In this document: positions 32,274 to 42,632 of the stretch, in pieces
How the letters are laid out: each line of letters begins with the position of its first letter
How positions within the stretch are numbered: position 1 is the stretch's first letter
Assembly: GCA_937892925.1 (NCBI GenBank)
Contig: CALBHX010000028.1
Coordinates: 3,392-67,391, forward strand
Direction of reading: 5' to 3'
Length of the DNA: 64,000 bases
Source of the DNA: an uncultured Lentisphaeraceae bacterium
Lineage (GTDB): Bacteria > Verrucomicrobiota > Kiritimatiellia > RFP12 > DVOR01
Position numbers and translations under genes: made by a program
The notes under the pieces: generated by a model
Seen by the model: the letters and a program-made list of their open reading frames with translations, nothing else
Told to the model about the DNA's origin: nothing
The model's database searches: none

Positions 32274-35200
32274 TTAGTGGGTCAGAGAAGGAGAAGAAGG
32301 GACATTTGCAGTCATGGAGGCCATTGTCACCTCCGGCTCCGACGGCTCCGGGCCGCCCAGCAACCGCATGTCTAGGCACAAACCGCGCAATTCACTCACC
32401 AACACGGAGAACGATTCCGGCGTGCCGGCCTCCAACGTATTGGAGCCCTTCACAATCGTCTCGTAGATGCGCGTCCGCCCGACCACATCGTCGGACTTCA
32501 CAGTCAGAAGCTCCTGCAGCGCATAGGCCACGCCATACGCTTCCAGAGCCCACACTTCCATCTCGCCCATACGCTGGCCGCCCGCCTGAGCTTTACCGCC
32601 CAGCGGCTGCTGCGTAACAAGCGAATAGGGCCCTGTCGCACGCGCATGGATCTTGTCCGTCACCAGGTGGTGAAGCTTGAGCATGTAGATGGTTCCCACT
32701 ACCACACGCTGGCTGAACGGTTCACCCGTCAAGCCATCGAACAGCTGCGTTTTGCCATCCGCGCTGATCCAGGGCACCGAACCCGGAGCCTGGTTGTCTT
32801 CCTGATGCTTTCGAGCCTTCGCCAGCAGCGCATCGATCTCGCTTTCCTGGCATCCATCAAAGACCGGTGTTTTCACATGCATGCCGAGCTCCGAACAAGC
32901 CCCGCCCAAAACCGTTTCAAAGAGCTGCCCAAGGTTCATACGGGAAGGCACGCCCAAGGGATTCAGCACAATATCCACCGAGCGGCCATCCGGCAAGAAC
33001 GGCATGTCGCAATCCGGCAGGATACGCGAAACAACACCCTTGTTACCGTGGCGGCCGGCCAGCTTGTCGCCCACCGAGAGATTCTTTTTCTCAGCGATGA
33101 ATACGCGTACCTGCTTTACCACGCGCTCCTCATCCACCAGGCTCTCGCCGCCAACACCCTCGATGCCGATCATATCCAGCTCGGCAAACTTGGGGGCAAA
33201 ACGCGCCACCACATCCTCGATCTGCTCCTGCGCAACCGGGAACTCTACCTCTTGCAGGTGGTCATGCGCCTCGGCCAGCTTGGCCAGCAGGGTCTTGGTA
33301 ATTTTCCGGTTCTTCGGGATAATGATATCCCCCGTCTCAGCGTCCAATACATCCACCGGAAGCTTCTCGTTCAGGAAGCAGTCGCTGAATGCCTTGGCCA
33401 TCTCGTCCAGCAATTGCGCCTCACGCCGCTTACGCTGATCTTCCACCTTGCGGGAATCCATTTCAGCAGCATTCCCCGGCAGCGCAGCATCGTCCAGATA
33501 CGACTCCACACTGTCGCCATCGTCCATCAAGGCAATCCTTTCGGCCTTGCTCTTTTTGGTTGCGCGCGGCGTCAAGCTGGTATCTGCGTTCGTCACGCGC
33601 ACATCCATGACAATACCCTTCGTCCCTGGCGGAACCTTGAGCGAGGTATCGCGCACATCGGCGGCTTTTTCGCCGAAAATAGCGCGAAGCAGCCGCTCTT
33701 CCGGAGCCAGTTCCGTTTCACTTTTCGGGGTAATTTTGCCCACTAGGATGTCGCCTGGCTTCACCTCGGCACCAATGCGAATCACACCGTCTGTGCCGAG
33801 ATTTCGAAGCATGTCTTCGCCCACGTTGGGGATATCGCGCGTGATCTCTTCCGGCCCAAGCTTGGTATCGCGGGCACCCACTTCAAAATCTTTAATGTGA
33901 ATCGATGTAAAGGTGTCGTTCTTCACACACCGTTCATTGATCAGAATCGCGTCTTCGAAGTTAAATCCGCGCCATGGCATGAAGGCCACCAGCAGGTTCT
34001 TGCCCAACGCCAACTCGCCGTCGTCCGTTGCCGGGCCGTCGGCCAGCGTCTGCCCCTTCTTGACCGCCTGCCCAAGGCTGACGATCGGCTTCTGATTCAC
34101 GCACGTACCGGCATTGGAACGGCGGAACTTCTCAAGCACATACCGGCGGCATCCGGGCACCTTTTCGCCCTTGCGCACCCGCGGCGGGCACTTGCCATCC
34201 TTGGAGACCACGATTTCTGTGGCCGACACATAGGCCACAATACCGTCTTCTTCCGCCAGCACCGTCACACAGCTGTCAGCAGCCGCAATGCCTTCAAGCC
34301 CCGTGCCCACACGCGGACGCTCCGTCCGCATGAGCGGCACGCCCTGGCGCATCATGTTCGCACCCATCAGGGCACGGTTTGCGTCGTCATGCTCCAGGAA
34401 CGGAATCAACCCGGCAGCGATCGAAATCACCTGCATCGGGCTCACATCCATCAGGTCAATCGCATCCGGCGCAGCTGTGGTGAACTCTCCGCGCTCGCGC
34501 ACCTTAACCGTAGCGTTGACAAACCGCCCATTCGCATCCAGGGGCGCATTCGCCTGCGCAATCACGTGCTTCTCCTCTTCATCGGCATCGATGTAGAGGA
34601 TCTCATCGGTTACACGCCCATCTTTCACCACACGGTAAGGCGTTTCAATAAAGCCATACGCATTGATCTTAGCGTAGATGCCCAGCGATGAAATCAACCC
34701 GATGTTCGGGCCTTCCGGCGTCTCAATCGGGCAAATACGGCCATAGTGCGTGGGATGCACGTCGCGCACTTCGAATCCGGCGCGCTCACGCGACAAGCCG
34801 CCCGGCCCCAATGCGGACAACCGGCGCTTGTGCGCCAAAGCCGACAGCGGATTGGTCATATCCATGAACTGGCTCAACTGGCTCCGCCCGAAGAAATCCT
34901 GAATCACCGCGGAAAGGCTCTTGGACGTGACCAGCTTGATCGGCGACAAAACGGCATTCTGCGTGCTCGGATCATACGTGCTCATCCGCTCACGGATCAA
35001 CCGCTCCGTACGGGCCAGCCCCACTCGGCAGGCATTTTCAAGCAATTCACCTGTGGTGCGGATACGACGGTTGCCCAAATGGTCAATATCATCCACATGT
35101 TCACGCCCCGCAGAGATATTCAGCAGCAGACGCAGGGCTTCCACCACCTCAATCCCGTCATCCGAGAGCACACGCAGATTCAAATCCACCTTGTTCATCA

Positions 35201-36242
35201 GCCCCAGGCGCTGATTCACTTTGTAGCGCCCCACATAGCCCAAGTCGTACCGGCGCTGATCAAAGAACTGCGAATGAACATAAGCCCGCGCATTTGCCGC
35301 CGTCATGGGATCACCCGGGCGCAGCCGATGATAGATATCCTTCACGGCCTCTTCTTCGCTGTGCGTCGGATCGGCCTTAATCGTTTTCAGGAGCAGCCCC
35401 TTGTCAAACGAAGTATCCACCACATCAAAGAAGGGAATCCCTGCGCGCGCGGCCAGATCCACCACCGCCGGCGTCACGGGGTCGTACCGCCGCGCCAACA
35501 CCGAGCCGGAGTTCAGGTCAATCAAATCGTCCTTGAGCACATAACTCGTCAGCTCCTCATCCGTCCAGCGGTCTTTCGTCGAAACCGAATGGAAGTTGTA
35601 GTACAGCTTGAGGATATCCTCATCCGAACCATACCCCAGCGTCCGCAGAAAAGTGGTTACATAAAACTTACGCGCCCGGCGCCGGCGATCCAGGTAAACC
35701 CACATCGCGTCCGATGTGTCAAACTGAATTTCAATCCACGAACCATGATCCGGAATAATACGAACCGAGTAAAGGTCGTGCCCGTTGGCATGCTGCGTTT
35801 TCTCCGAACACACCCCGGGGCTGCGGTGCAGCTGCGAAACAATCACCCGCTCGGCGCCATTGATAATGAAGGCGCCATCACGCGTCATCAGCGGGATCTC
35901 ACCCAGATAGACATCGTCTTCGCGCACCTCATCGCCGTCTTTCAGGCGAAACGTTGCATGCAGCGGAGCCGAAAACGTATCCCCGTCGCGAAGCGCCTCA
36001 AACGCCGTCTTTTTGGGTTTCTCCAGATTGTAGCGCACGAAGTCGATCGTAAAGCGCCCATCCTTCGACACCACCGGGAACACTTCCCGGAAAATTGCCT
36101 GAAGCCCCTTGTTCTGACGCTTTCCCGCACTCACATCCGCTTGCAGAAAATCCGCAAAAGACTGCGTCTGAATCTCGATCAGGTTTGGCGGCTGAATAGG
36201 CGCCTTCAATTTCCCGAACACGTAATCCTTGTCTCTGGCCAT
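32274..36242 (-). CDS. rpoB: DNA-directed RNA polymerase beta subunit
   Basis: 1322 aa with conserved beta motifs (rifampicin cluster region, GGQRMGEMEVWALEAYG); 18 nt upstream of rpoC. Confidence 0.97.
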   Translation of the reverse strand: MARDKDYVFGKLKAPIQPPNLIEIQTQSFADFLQADVSAGKRQNKGLQAIFREVFPVVSKDGRFTIDFVRYNLEKPKKTAFEALRDGDTFSAPLHATFRLKDGDEVREDDVYLGEIPLMTRDGAFIINGAERVIVSQLHRSPGVCSEKTQHANGHDLYSVRIIPDHGSWIEIQFDTSDAMWVYLDRRRRARKFYVTTFLRTLGYGSDEDILKLYYNFHSVSTKDRWTDEELTSYVLKDDLIDLNSGSVLARRYDPVTPAVVDLAARAGIPFFDVVDTSFDKGLLLKTIKADPTHSEEEAVKDIYHRLRPGDPMTAANARAYVHSQFFDQRRYDLGYVGRYKVNQRLGLMNKVDLNLRVLSDDGIEVVEALRLLLNISAGREHVDDIDHLGNRRIRTTGELLENACRVGLARTERLIRERMSTYDPSTQNAVLSPIKLVTSKSLSAVIQDFFGRSQLSQFMDMTNPLSALAHKRRLSALGPGGLSRERAGFEVRDVHPTHYGRICPIETPEGPNIGLISSLGIYAKINAYGFIETPYRVVKDGRVTDEILYIDADEEEKHVIAQANAPLDANGRFVNATVKVRERGEFTTAAPDAIDLMDVSPMQVISIAAGLIPFLEHDDANRALMGANMMRQGVPLMRTERPRVGTGLEGIAAADSCVTVLAEEDGIVAYVSATEIVVSKDGKCPPRVRKGEKVPGCRRYVLEKFRRSNAGTCVNQKPIVSLGQAVKKGQTLADGPATDDGELALGKNLLVAFMPWRGFNFEDAILINERCVKNDTFTSIHIKDFEVGARDTKLGPEEITRDIPNVGEDMLRNLGTDGVIRIGAEVKPGDILVGKITPKSETELAPEERLLRAIFGEKAADVRDTSLKVPPGTKGIVMDVRVTNADTSLTPRATKKSKAERIALMDDGDSVESYLDDAALPGNAAEMDSRKVEDQRKRREAQLLDEMAKAFSDCFLNEKLPVDVLDAETGDIIIPKNRKITKTLLAKLAEAHDHLQEVEFPVAQEQIEDVVARFAPKFAELDMIGIEGVGGESLVDEERVVKQVRVFIAEKKNLSVGDKLAGRHGNKGVVSRILPDCDMPFLPDGRSVDIVLNPLGVPSRMNLGQLFETVLGGACSELGMHVKTPVFDGCQESEIDALLAKARKHQEDNQAPGSVPWISADGKTQLFDGLTGEPFSQRVVVGTIYMLKLHHLVTDKIHARATGPYSLVTQQPLGGKAQAGGQRMGEMEVWALEAYGVAYALQELLTVKSDDVVGRTRIYETIVKGSNTLEAGTPESFSVLVSELRGLCLDMRLLGGPEPSEPEVTMASMTANVPSSPSLTH

Positions 36243-36729
36243 GCCTCACACCTTTTTGAGGAATTGTTCTGAAACATCCTGCCCTGCGCAGGAGATCCAA
36301 AAGGTCAGCAGGAGCGATTCCAACGCTCTCCACCCCGGCGGACAGCCGAGCCTTCGGGCGACAGTAGACAGCTGGATCGCGAATCGAAGGCCGACATGCG
36401 CCCAGAAATGACAGTTCATCCCTAGACGTAACCCATCAACCATATCAAAAACACCTGTTAAACGCAAGCCTTTTTTACAATAGCGGGACAACCGCCCTTC
36501 CCGTCCGCGAATCTCCCCCACACCGTGCGCCATGCCCCGCATCAACTTTCTCCTGAATCTCTCCGCCCGCACGCCGCACGCCGTTCACACACGCCCAAAT
36601 AGAGCTTTCACCTTCATGCCTGAGTGTTCACGAGGACAAGCGCCCAGATTGCGACGAAGGCGTTCCGCACCCGGTAAATCCCGCAGCAGGATAAATGACA
36701 GCTTGCAGGGGGCATGGGCTTTTGTTACC

Positions 36730-36834
36730 ATGTCGCGCATTATGGAACGCATCGTTTCCACACAGGCAACCTTTCGACTTAGCAGCCTGCCGCTTTTACG
36801 CGGCCGGAAGCGGGGGTTTTTCCGTTTTGGATAA
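36730..36834 (+). CDS. candidate leu leader peptide (34 aa, MSRIMERIVSTQATFRLSSLPLLRGRKRGFFRFG)
   Basis: Small ORF 108 nt upstream of leuA with Leu codons CTT, CTG, CTT, TTA; TTA and CTT are rare in this GC-rich genome. A terminator-like hairpin follows. Confidence 0.35.
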   Translation: MSRIMERIVSTQATFRLSSLPLLRGRKRGFFRFG

Positions 36835-36857
36835 AGGTTCCAAATAAGGGTATAAGC

Positions 36858-36896
36858 GCCTCCGCGGGTTTAACTGACTGCGGAGGCTTCTTTGTG
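36858..36896 (+). terminator. candidate attenuator/terminator hairpin in the leuA leader
   Basis: GCCTCCGC-N14-GCGGAGGC 8-bp stem followed by TTCTTTGTG, 47 nt before the leuA ATG. Confidence 0.4.
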
Positions 36897-36942
36897 TAAA
36901 GAACCGCCGCGTCCCTGAAGAAGCAACAGACAGGAAGACACC

Positions 36943-38523
36943 ATGAGCACACGCAAGATCGCAATCTTCGACACCACGCTTCGCGATGGCGAGCAGAGCC
37001 CGGGCTGCAGCATGAAGCTGCATGACAAGCTCCTGGTGGCCGGGAATCTGGAGGCCTTAAAGGTGGACGTAATCGAGGCCGGGTTTGCGATTGCCTCTCC
37101 GGGCGACTTTGAAAGCGTTCAGGCTATTGCCGCGCAGGTAAAAGGATGCACCGTAGCCTCTTTGGCGCGATGCCTGAAGGGAGACATCGACCAGGCCTGG
37201 GCAGCCGTCTGCAAGGCGGAACGCCCGCGGATTCACACCTTTCTGGCCACAAGCCCGGTACATATGCAATACAAATTACGCATGTCGCCGGAGCAGGTCT
37301 TGCAGCAGGCCGTATCGATGGTCTCCTATGCGCGCACGCTCTGCCCTGACGTTCAGTTCTCACTGGAAGATTACACGCGGACAGAGGAAGCCTTTTCCTG
37401 GCGCGTCATTGAAGCTGTAATCAAAGCCGGCGCCACCGTAGTTAACCTGCCGGACACGGTCGGTTATGCCATTCCAGAAGAATTCGGTGCGCGGATTCGC
37501 GGGGTCATGGAGCACGTGCCAAACGTAGACCAGGCAACCATCGCCGTGCATTGTCATAACGACCTAGGGCTGGCCGTAGCCAACACCCTGGCAGCTTTGC
37601 GTGCAGGGGCAGGACAGGCCGAATGCACCATCAACGGCATCGGCGAACGCGCAGGAAATGCAGCACTGGAAGAAATCGTCATGGCATTGCGCACGCGGCA
37701 TGATTATTTTTCCGACCTGACGTGCGGCGTTGACACGACAAAGATCATGTCCACCAGCCGCTGCGTCTGTTCCGTAACGGGCAGCCGCGTGCAGAACAAT
37801 AAAGCCATTGTCGGGCAAAATGCATTCGCCCATGAATCCGGAATTCACCAGCATGGCATGTTGGCCAACCGCGAAACCTATGAAATTATGACCCCAGAGT
37901 CCATCGGCTTAACGCAGAGCCAGATGGTGCTGGGCAAGCATTCCGGCAAACACGCACTCAAAGACCGCCTCGCACAGCTGGGCATTTCCCTCTCGGAAGA
38001 CCGCCTGCAGGAGTTGTTCGCACGCTTTAAGGATTTGGCCGATGCCAAAAAAGTGGTTACAGATGCAGACATCGAGGCGCTTGCCCGCGGCCTGGAAATG
38101 CGCCCGGACGCCCAACAAAAACTGGTGTTTGACCGTTTCCTGGCCGCCACAGGAAATACCAACGCCAATGTGTCAACCGTGCGCCTGCGGGTGGACGGGC
38201 AAACCGTTGAAGAAGTCGCCATGGGAAGCGGACCCATCGAGGCCTCGTTCAATGCCATCAATAAGATGCTCAACCTGCACGTCACAATCGAAAACTTCTC
38301 AGTCTCAGCCGTTACAGCAAATGTGGATGCGCAGGGAGAATGCGATTTGCGCGTGCGCCATAACCAGCGCGTCTATCTGGGGCGCGGCGTGGCGCAAGAC
38401 ATTATTGAAGCGGCCATCCGCGCCTACGTCCACGCGCTCAACGGCTTGTTGGAAGACGAACAGCGCATGACCGTGAATGCCGCAACGCTGGCCGCCGCAA
38501 ACGTAGGCGGCGGGCTCGTCTGA
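36943..38523 (+). CDS. leuA: 2-isopropylmalate synthase (LeuA/CimA family, with C-terminal LeuA dimerisation domain)
   Basis: Conserved LeuA-type N-terminal motif [31 protein letters not shown], and a C-terminal regulatory domain; 526 aa. Confidence 0.85.
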   Translation: MSTRKIAIFDTTLRDGEQSPGCSMKLHDKLLVAGNLEALKVDVIEAGFAIASPGDFESVQAIAAQVKGCTVASLARCLKGDIDQAWAAVCKAERPRIHTFLATSPVHMQYKLRMSPEQVLQQAVSMVSYARTLCPDVQFSLEDYTRTEEAFSWRVIEAVIKAGATVVNLPDTVGYAIPEEFGARIRGVMEHVPNVDQATIAVHCHNDLGLAVANTLAALRAGAGQAECTINGIGERAGNAALEEIVMALRTRHDYFSDLTCGVDTTKIMSTSRCVCSVTGSRVQNNKAIVGQNAFAHESGIHQHGMLANRETYEIMTPESIGLTQSQMVLGKHSGKHALKDRLAQLGISLSEDRLQELFARFKDLADAKKVVTDADIEALARGLEMRPDAQQKLVFDRFLAATGNTNANVSTVRLRVDGQTVEEVAMGSGPIEASFNAINKMLNLHVTIENFSVSAVTANVDAQGECDLRVRHNQRVYLGRGVAQDIIEAAIRAYVHALNGLLEDEQRMTVNAATLAAANVGGGLV

Positions 38524-38534
38524 GGAGGTCTCCG

Positions 38535-39098
38535 GTGGATATCGCTACATGCGACGTACGCGCACTCAAGCTGGGGGAGCCCCTCGCGTTGAACGGGCTT
38601 GTGTACACTGGGCGCGACCGCCTGCACAAGTATCTCCACGATGGGGGCGCGCTGCCTGAGGGTATAGACTTGCACCGCGCCGCACTGTATCACTGCGGGC
38701 CGGTTATGCTCCATACGCCAGCCGGCTGGCGTATGGTTGCAGGCGGCCCGACCACCTCATCCCGCGAAGAACCCTACGAAGCCGAAATCATTGAACGTTT
38801 TGGCTTGCGGTTGATTATCGGAAAGGGCGGCATGGGCGCCCGAACCCTAGAGGCCTGCCGCCGTTTCGGCTGTGTCTATCTGCAGGCAGTGGGCGGTGCA
38901 GCCACTTTGATTGCAAACACGGTAACAGCTGTAGAGGGGGTGGACTTTTTGGAAACCTTCGGCGCGGCGGAAGCTCTGTGGCACTTACGCGTAAAAGATT
39001 TCCCCGTTGTTGTAGCCATGGATGCCCACGGCAACAGCCTCTATGACCGGGTCCAGGCGCGATCTGCCCAGCAGCTGGCACAGCTGCTGAACGCCTGA
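38535..39098 (+). CDS. Fe-S hydro-lyase, tartrate/fumarate subfamily beta-type subunit (class I fumarase/TtdB C-terminal-domain homolog), orphan
   Basis: 187 aa with the beta-region signature (LVYTGRDRLHKYL, MLHTPAGWRMVAGGPTTSSREEPY, GKGGMGARTLEACRRFGCVYLQAVGGAA). No alpha (catalytic) subunit gene is adjacent. Confidence 0.65.
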   Translation: MDIATCDVRALKLGEPLALNGLVYTGRDRLHKYLHDGGALPEGIDLHRAALYHCGPVMLHTPAGWRMVAGGPTTSSREEPYEAEIIERFGLRLIIGKGGMGARTLEACRRFGCVYLQAVGGAATLIANTVTAVEGVDFLETFGAAEALWHLRVKDFPVVVAMDAHGNSLYDRVQARSAQQLAQLLNA

Positions 39099-39135
39099 TG
39101 CCGCCAAGCTGAATAAACACACCCTCATAAACCAC

Positions 39136-39173
39136 GCGCGGAGAAGAAAATCCCTCTCCGCGCGGTTTTGTTT
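39136..39173. terminator. bidirectional rho-independent terminator between convergent genes
   Basis: CGCGCGGAGA-N9-TCTCCGCGCG 10-bp stem followed by TTTTGTTT. Confidence 0.65.
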
Positions 39174-39245
39174 ACCCAAAGCAGAAAATCGAGAGCCGCG
39201 AGCCAGATATCAAACCCAATTCTGCGGCATGCACCCATTCGCCCG

Positions 39246-40481
39246 TCAGGTGCTCAGCCACTCCCGGAGGGCGGCGGCAAAAGCCACCGCGTCAGCAGCG
39301 GCGGTTATGGGCAAATCCGTTGCCCAAGCCACCGGATCCTCATCCCGGCCATGCGTCCCCCGAACACGTGCGGTATCGGCAGAAACCTGAAACGGTGTCC
39401 GCCCAAAAAACAATTCGCACGGGTCAAACCCCGGCTTATTGTGGATATCCACATGCGAAGCGTAATCCGGAGCCTCCTCCGCCCGCTCCCACCACGGCCA
39501 GGCAAACCAGCATCCTGGCCTGGCAACCGCTTCCCAATCCACATCGCCCACCCCAGGACGCACCTCCGCCACTTCAGGCAACGCTTCCAGAATCTCACGC
39601 ACCTGCTCCCGGCAGGCAGGATCCAGACAATAAATGAGCGCACACTGATGATCACATAATGCGAGCGCCCGGCTTTGGAAGAAGTCCGGATAGGCCATCC
39701 GGCGTACCCGCCGCGTTGCAAACAGCCCCTGCTGCCGCAAGATCCGATTAGGAAAAACCACCGAACCTTCCGCGTTGGCAATCGCATAATCCCCCGAAAC
39801 GGCCACCGCATATCCCTGCGCCCGAGCCGCACCTATCAGCCGCTCCAGCTGCGCCATGCAGAGCGCCAACGATCGCCGCGCTTTAGGGTGGTCAAGCCCA
39901 TGACGCTGAAGGTCATAATCCAACGTTGGAAGATAGGCCATCATCAGCTCTGGGGCATCTCCCCGCGCCAGCCGCGCCTCCAGCACCCGCACGATATCCC
40001 AGCCCACATTCGGTGAAGCAAGCGGTCCCCAATACCGCCAAAGCGCCACCGGGTTCTCCACGCCAAGCACACGCGGCGGCTTCTGGTAAGTAGCCATAAT
40101 CATCCCGCCGCCATGTGTATGAATCGGAGCCGGAGACACCACTTCATCCACCTGTTCGCCTAACGACTGCTGAAAGAAATAAAGCCCCACGCGCCCGCCC
40201 CGCGCACGAAAGGCCTCCCAAATCCGTGCCCCGGAAACCAGTCTGGCCGACTGGTTCCAAAACGCACTTTGATACGTTTCTCGAAAAAACCGTCCATTCG
40301 CCGGCATTCCATGCGCCGCAGGAGGAAGCCCCGTCCGCAGCGTAGCCTGCGCCACACAGGTAACCGCAGGAAAGACCGGGCGCAGCGATCGGATCGGCAG
40401 CCCGGCGAGCGAAGAGACCCCCTCCTGCCGGAGCCAACGATAACCCCACGCCGCCACCTGAACCACCAAAAGTTTTTTCAT
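39246..40481 (-). CDS. alkaline-phosphatase-superfamily type I phosphodiesterase/nucleotide pyrophosphatase-like protein
   Basis: N-terminal region matches the Phosphodiest family (LLVVQVAAWGY...FPAVTCVAQATLRTGLPPAAHGMPANGRF) and later has GDYAI and metal-ligand motifs. Start assumed at MKKLL (ATG 40481); uncertain. Confidence 0.6.
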   Translation of the reverse strand: MKKLLVVQVAAWGYRWLRQEGVSSLAGLPIRSLRPVFPAVTCVAQATLRTGLPPAAHGMPANGRFFRETYQSAFWNQSARLVSGARIWEAFRARGGRVGLYFFQQSLGEQVDEVVSPAPIHTHGGGMIMATYQKPPRVLGVENPVALWRYWGPLASPNVGWDIVRVLEARLARGDAPELMMAYLPTLDYDLQRHGLDHPKARRSLALCMAQLERLIGAARAQGYAVAVSGDYAIANAEGSVVFPNRILRQQGLFATRRVRRMAYPDFFQSRALALCDHQCALIYCLDPACREQVREILEALPEVAEVRPGVGDVDWEAVARPGCWFAWPWWERAEEAPDYASHVDIHNKPGFDPCELFFGRTPFQVSADTARVRGTHGRDEDPVAWATDLPITAAADAVAFAAALREWLST

Positions 40482-40497
40482 GGGCTGCCCATTCCAA

Positions 40498-40974
40498 TCA
40501 CGCGCCGCGCGGCGCCGGAATATCATCCGCCGAAGCGACCCCATCTGCTCCAAGCGACCGAACGCTGTAATGCCCCGTTTCATGATCCACCCGATAGAGC
40601 AGCTGACGAGCCCATCCATCACGAATCACTTCCGAGCCCAGAAGGCCGGAGGATACCAGCGCTTCCAGAGAATCGGGCAGCCGGCCGGCATGGAGCAGCG
40701 CATAGGTGGGCAGCGCCTGCATCACCAAGCGGATACGCGTATTCGTTAGAATTTCCGCATCCACATTCGGCTCGGCATGATGCGCCCAATGTCCGGAGGC
40801 ATCGGTTGTTCGAATGGCCTCTCCGGGCTGTTTAGCCTCACGCCCCAAATTGCCAAACCACCCGCCCAGGACAACGCCCACCAAAATGGCGGCCGAAACC
40901 CAGGCGAGCGTCCGGCGATCTATCGGCGGGCGCTGCCCGCTCGGGTTTAGGGAACGGGGAACTGCGCGACCCAC
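40498..40974 (-). CDS. GspG-like pseudopilin C-terminal-domain protein lacking a canonical prepilin N-terminus
   Basis: One TM helix then GspG-type C-terminal motifs ([28 protein letters not shown]). Confidence 0.5.
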   Translation of the reverse strand: MGRAVPRSLNPSGQRPPIDRRTLAWVSAAILVGVVLGGWFGNLGREAKQPGEAIRTTDASGHWAHHAEPNVDAEILTNTRIRLVMQALPTYALLHAGRLPDSLEALVSSGLLGSEVIRDGWARQLLYRVDHETGHYSVRSLGADGVASADDIPAPRGA

Positions 40975-42632
40975 GCCCGAACCTCCTCACGCACCCTGGC
41001 CTGGAGCTCCGTATCTTCCGGCGACTTCAGCACCTGAACAATCCAGCCGCCCAGCTTCACCATCTCAGGCTCCTTCATCCCGCGCGTGGTAACCGCTGCT
41101 GTGCCAATCCGGATACCGGAGGTAACGAACGGGCTCTCCGTATCATACGGAATGGTGTTCTTGTTGCAGATGATACCGGCAGCGTCCAGCGCAGCGGCGG
41201 CCTGCTTTCCAGTCAGCCCGGCAGCCTTCACATCCACCAGGAACAGATGATTTTCCGTGCCCCCGGAAACCAACCGGAAACCCGCCTCCTGAAGCACCTT
41301 TGCCAGTGTTTGCGTGTTGGCCACAATCTGCGCGGCGTACGCGTGCGCATCCCGATGCAGCCACTCGTTAAAGCAAACAGCCTTGGCCGCAATCACATTT
41401 TCAAGCGGCCCGCCCTGAATCCCGGGAAACACGGTCTTATTGATGGCGGCAATGTACTTTTCCTTGCAGAGGATCAGCCCCGAACGCGGACCGCGCAGCG
41501 TCTTGTGCGTGGTGGTAGTAACAAAGTCGGCAAACGGCACCGGCGACGGATGCACCCCTCCGGCCACCAATCCGGCAATATGCGCCATGTCTACCATCAA
41601 ATAGGCGCCCACCTTATCGGCAATCGCCCGGAACCGCGCAAAATCGATCACCCGTGGATACGCCGATGCACCCGCCAGAATCAGCTTCGGACGCGCCTCC
41701 AACGCCAATTGCTCAAGCGCGTCATAATCCAGGCATTCCGTCTCACGATTCACCGTGTAGGGCACAATGTGATACAGCTTGCCCGAGAAGTTCACCGGCG
41801 AACCATGGCTCAAATGCCCGCCCTGGTCGAGACTCATCGAAAGAATCGTGTCTCCAGGCTGCAGCATGGCAAAGAACACGGCCATATTGGCTGCACTGCC
41901 GCAATGCGGCTGCACATTGGCCGCCTCAGCGCCAAACAGCTTCTTCGCCCGCTCAATGGCCAGCGTTTCCACCGTATCCACCGGGATGCATCCGCTATAC
42001 CATCGTTTTCCCGGATACCCCTCAGCATATTTATTATTCAACACCGAACCCTGCGCCTCACGCACCGCCGCCGAAGTATAATTCTCCGAAGCAATCAGAT
42101 TCACTGTTTCATCTTCCTGATGAACCTGAGCCACAATGGCCGCATGAACCTCCGGATCCGCCGAAGCCAGAAGCGACGACTCCGCCAACCGCCCCGCACG
42201 ATCGCACTTCTTCAACCGCCGCACATGGCGTTCCGCACCGGAAAAAGGAGTCTTCAGCCAGACATCCAACGCCCGCACCGCCGCCTCATCGCTCAGTGCC
42301 CGCGCCGAAAGAATAATCACATTGGCATCGTTATGTTCGCGGGAGAGCTTGGCCACCGCCTCATCCGTTACAATCGCTGCGCGAATTCCCGTGAAACGAT
42401 TCGCCACAATGCTCATGCCAATACCGGTTGTGCACAGCAATACGCCGCGCTGAGCCTGACCTTCCAACACCGCCTCGCAAACCGATACCGCAAAATCCGT
42501 GTAATCATCGGCAGCTGCAGCATCAAAAGAACCCTTGTCCGCAACACACATTCCGCGAGACTCAAGAAACGAAATCAGTTTACTCTTCAAGGCAACGCCT
42601 GCGTGATCGCACCCAATGGCGATGGTGTCCAT
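40947..42632 (-). CDS. glyA: bifunctional fusion: ribose-5-phosphate isomerase B (N-terminal) and serine hydroxymethyltransferase (C-terminal)
   Basis: Residues 1-150 match RpiB/LacAB ([45 protein letters not shown]). The remainder is a complete SHMT ([13 protein letters not shown]-lysine region [14 protein letters not shown]). Start at MDTIAIG (ATG 42632) with AGGAGG 7 nt upstream. Confidence 0.85.
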   Translation of the reverse strand: MDTIAIGCDHAGVALKSKLISFLESRGMCVADKGSFDAAAADDYTDFAVSVCEAVLEGQAQRGVLLCTTGIGMSIVANRFTGIRAAIVTDEAVAKLSREHNDANVIILSARALSDEAAVRALDVWLKTPFSGAERHVRRLKKCDRAGRLAESSLLASADPEVHAAIVAQVHQEDETVNLIASENYTSAAVREAQGSVLNNKYAEGYPGKRWYSGCIPVDTVETLAIERAKKLFGAEAANVQPHCGSAANMAVFFAMLQPGDTILSMSLDQGGHLSHGSPVNFSGKLYHIVPYTVNRETECLDYDALEQLALEARPKLILAGASAYPRVIDFARFRAIADKVGAYLMVDMAHIAGLVAGGVHPSPVPFADFVTTTTHKTLRGPRSGLILCKEKYIAAINKTVFPGIQGGPLENVIAAKAVCFNEWLHRDAHAYAAQIVANTQTLAKVLQEAGFRLVSGGTENHLFLVDVKAAGLTGKQAAAALDAAGIICNKNTIPYDTESPFVTSGIRIGTAAVTTRGMKEPEMVKLGGWIVQVLKSPEDTELQARVREEVRAWVAQFPVP

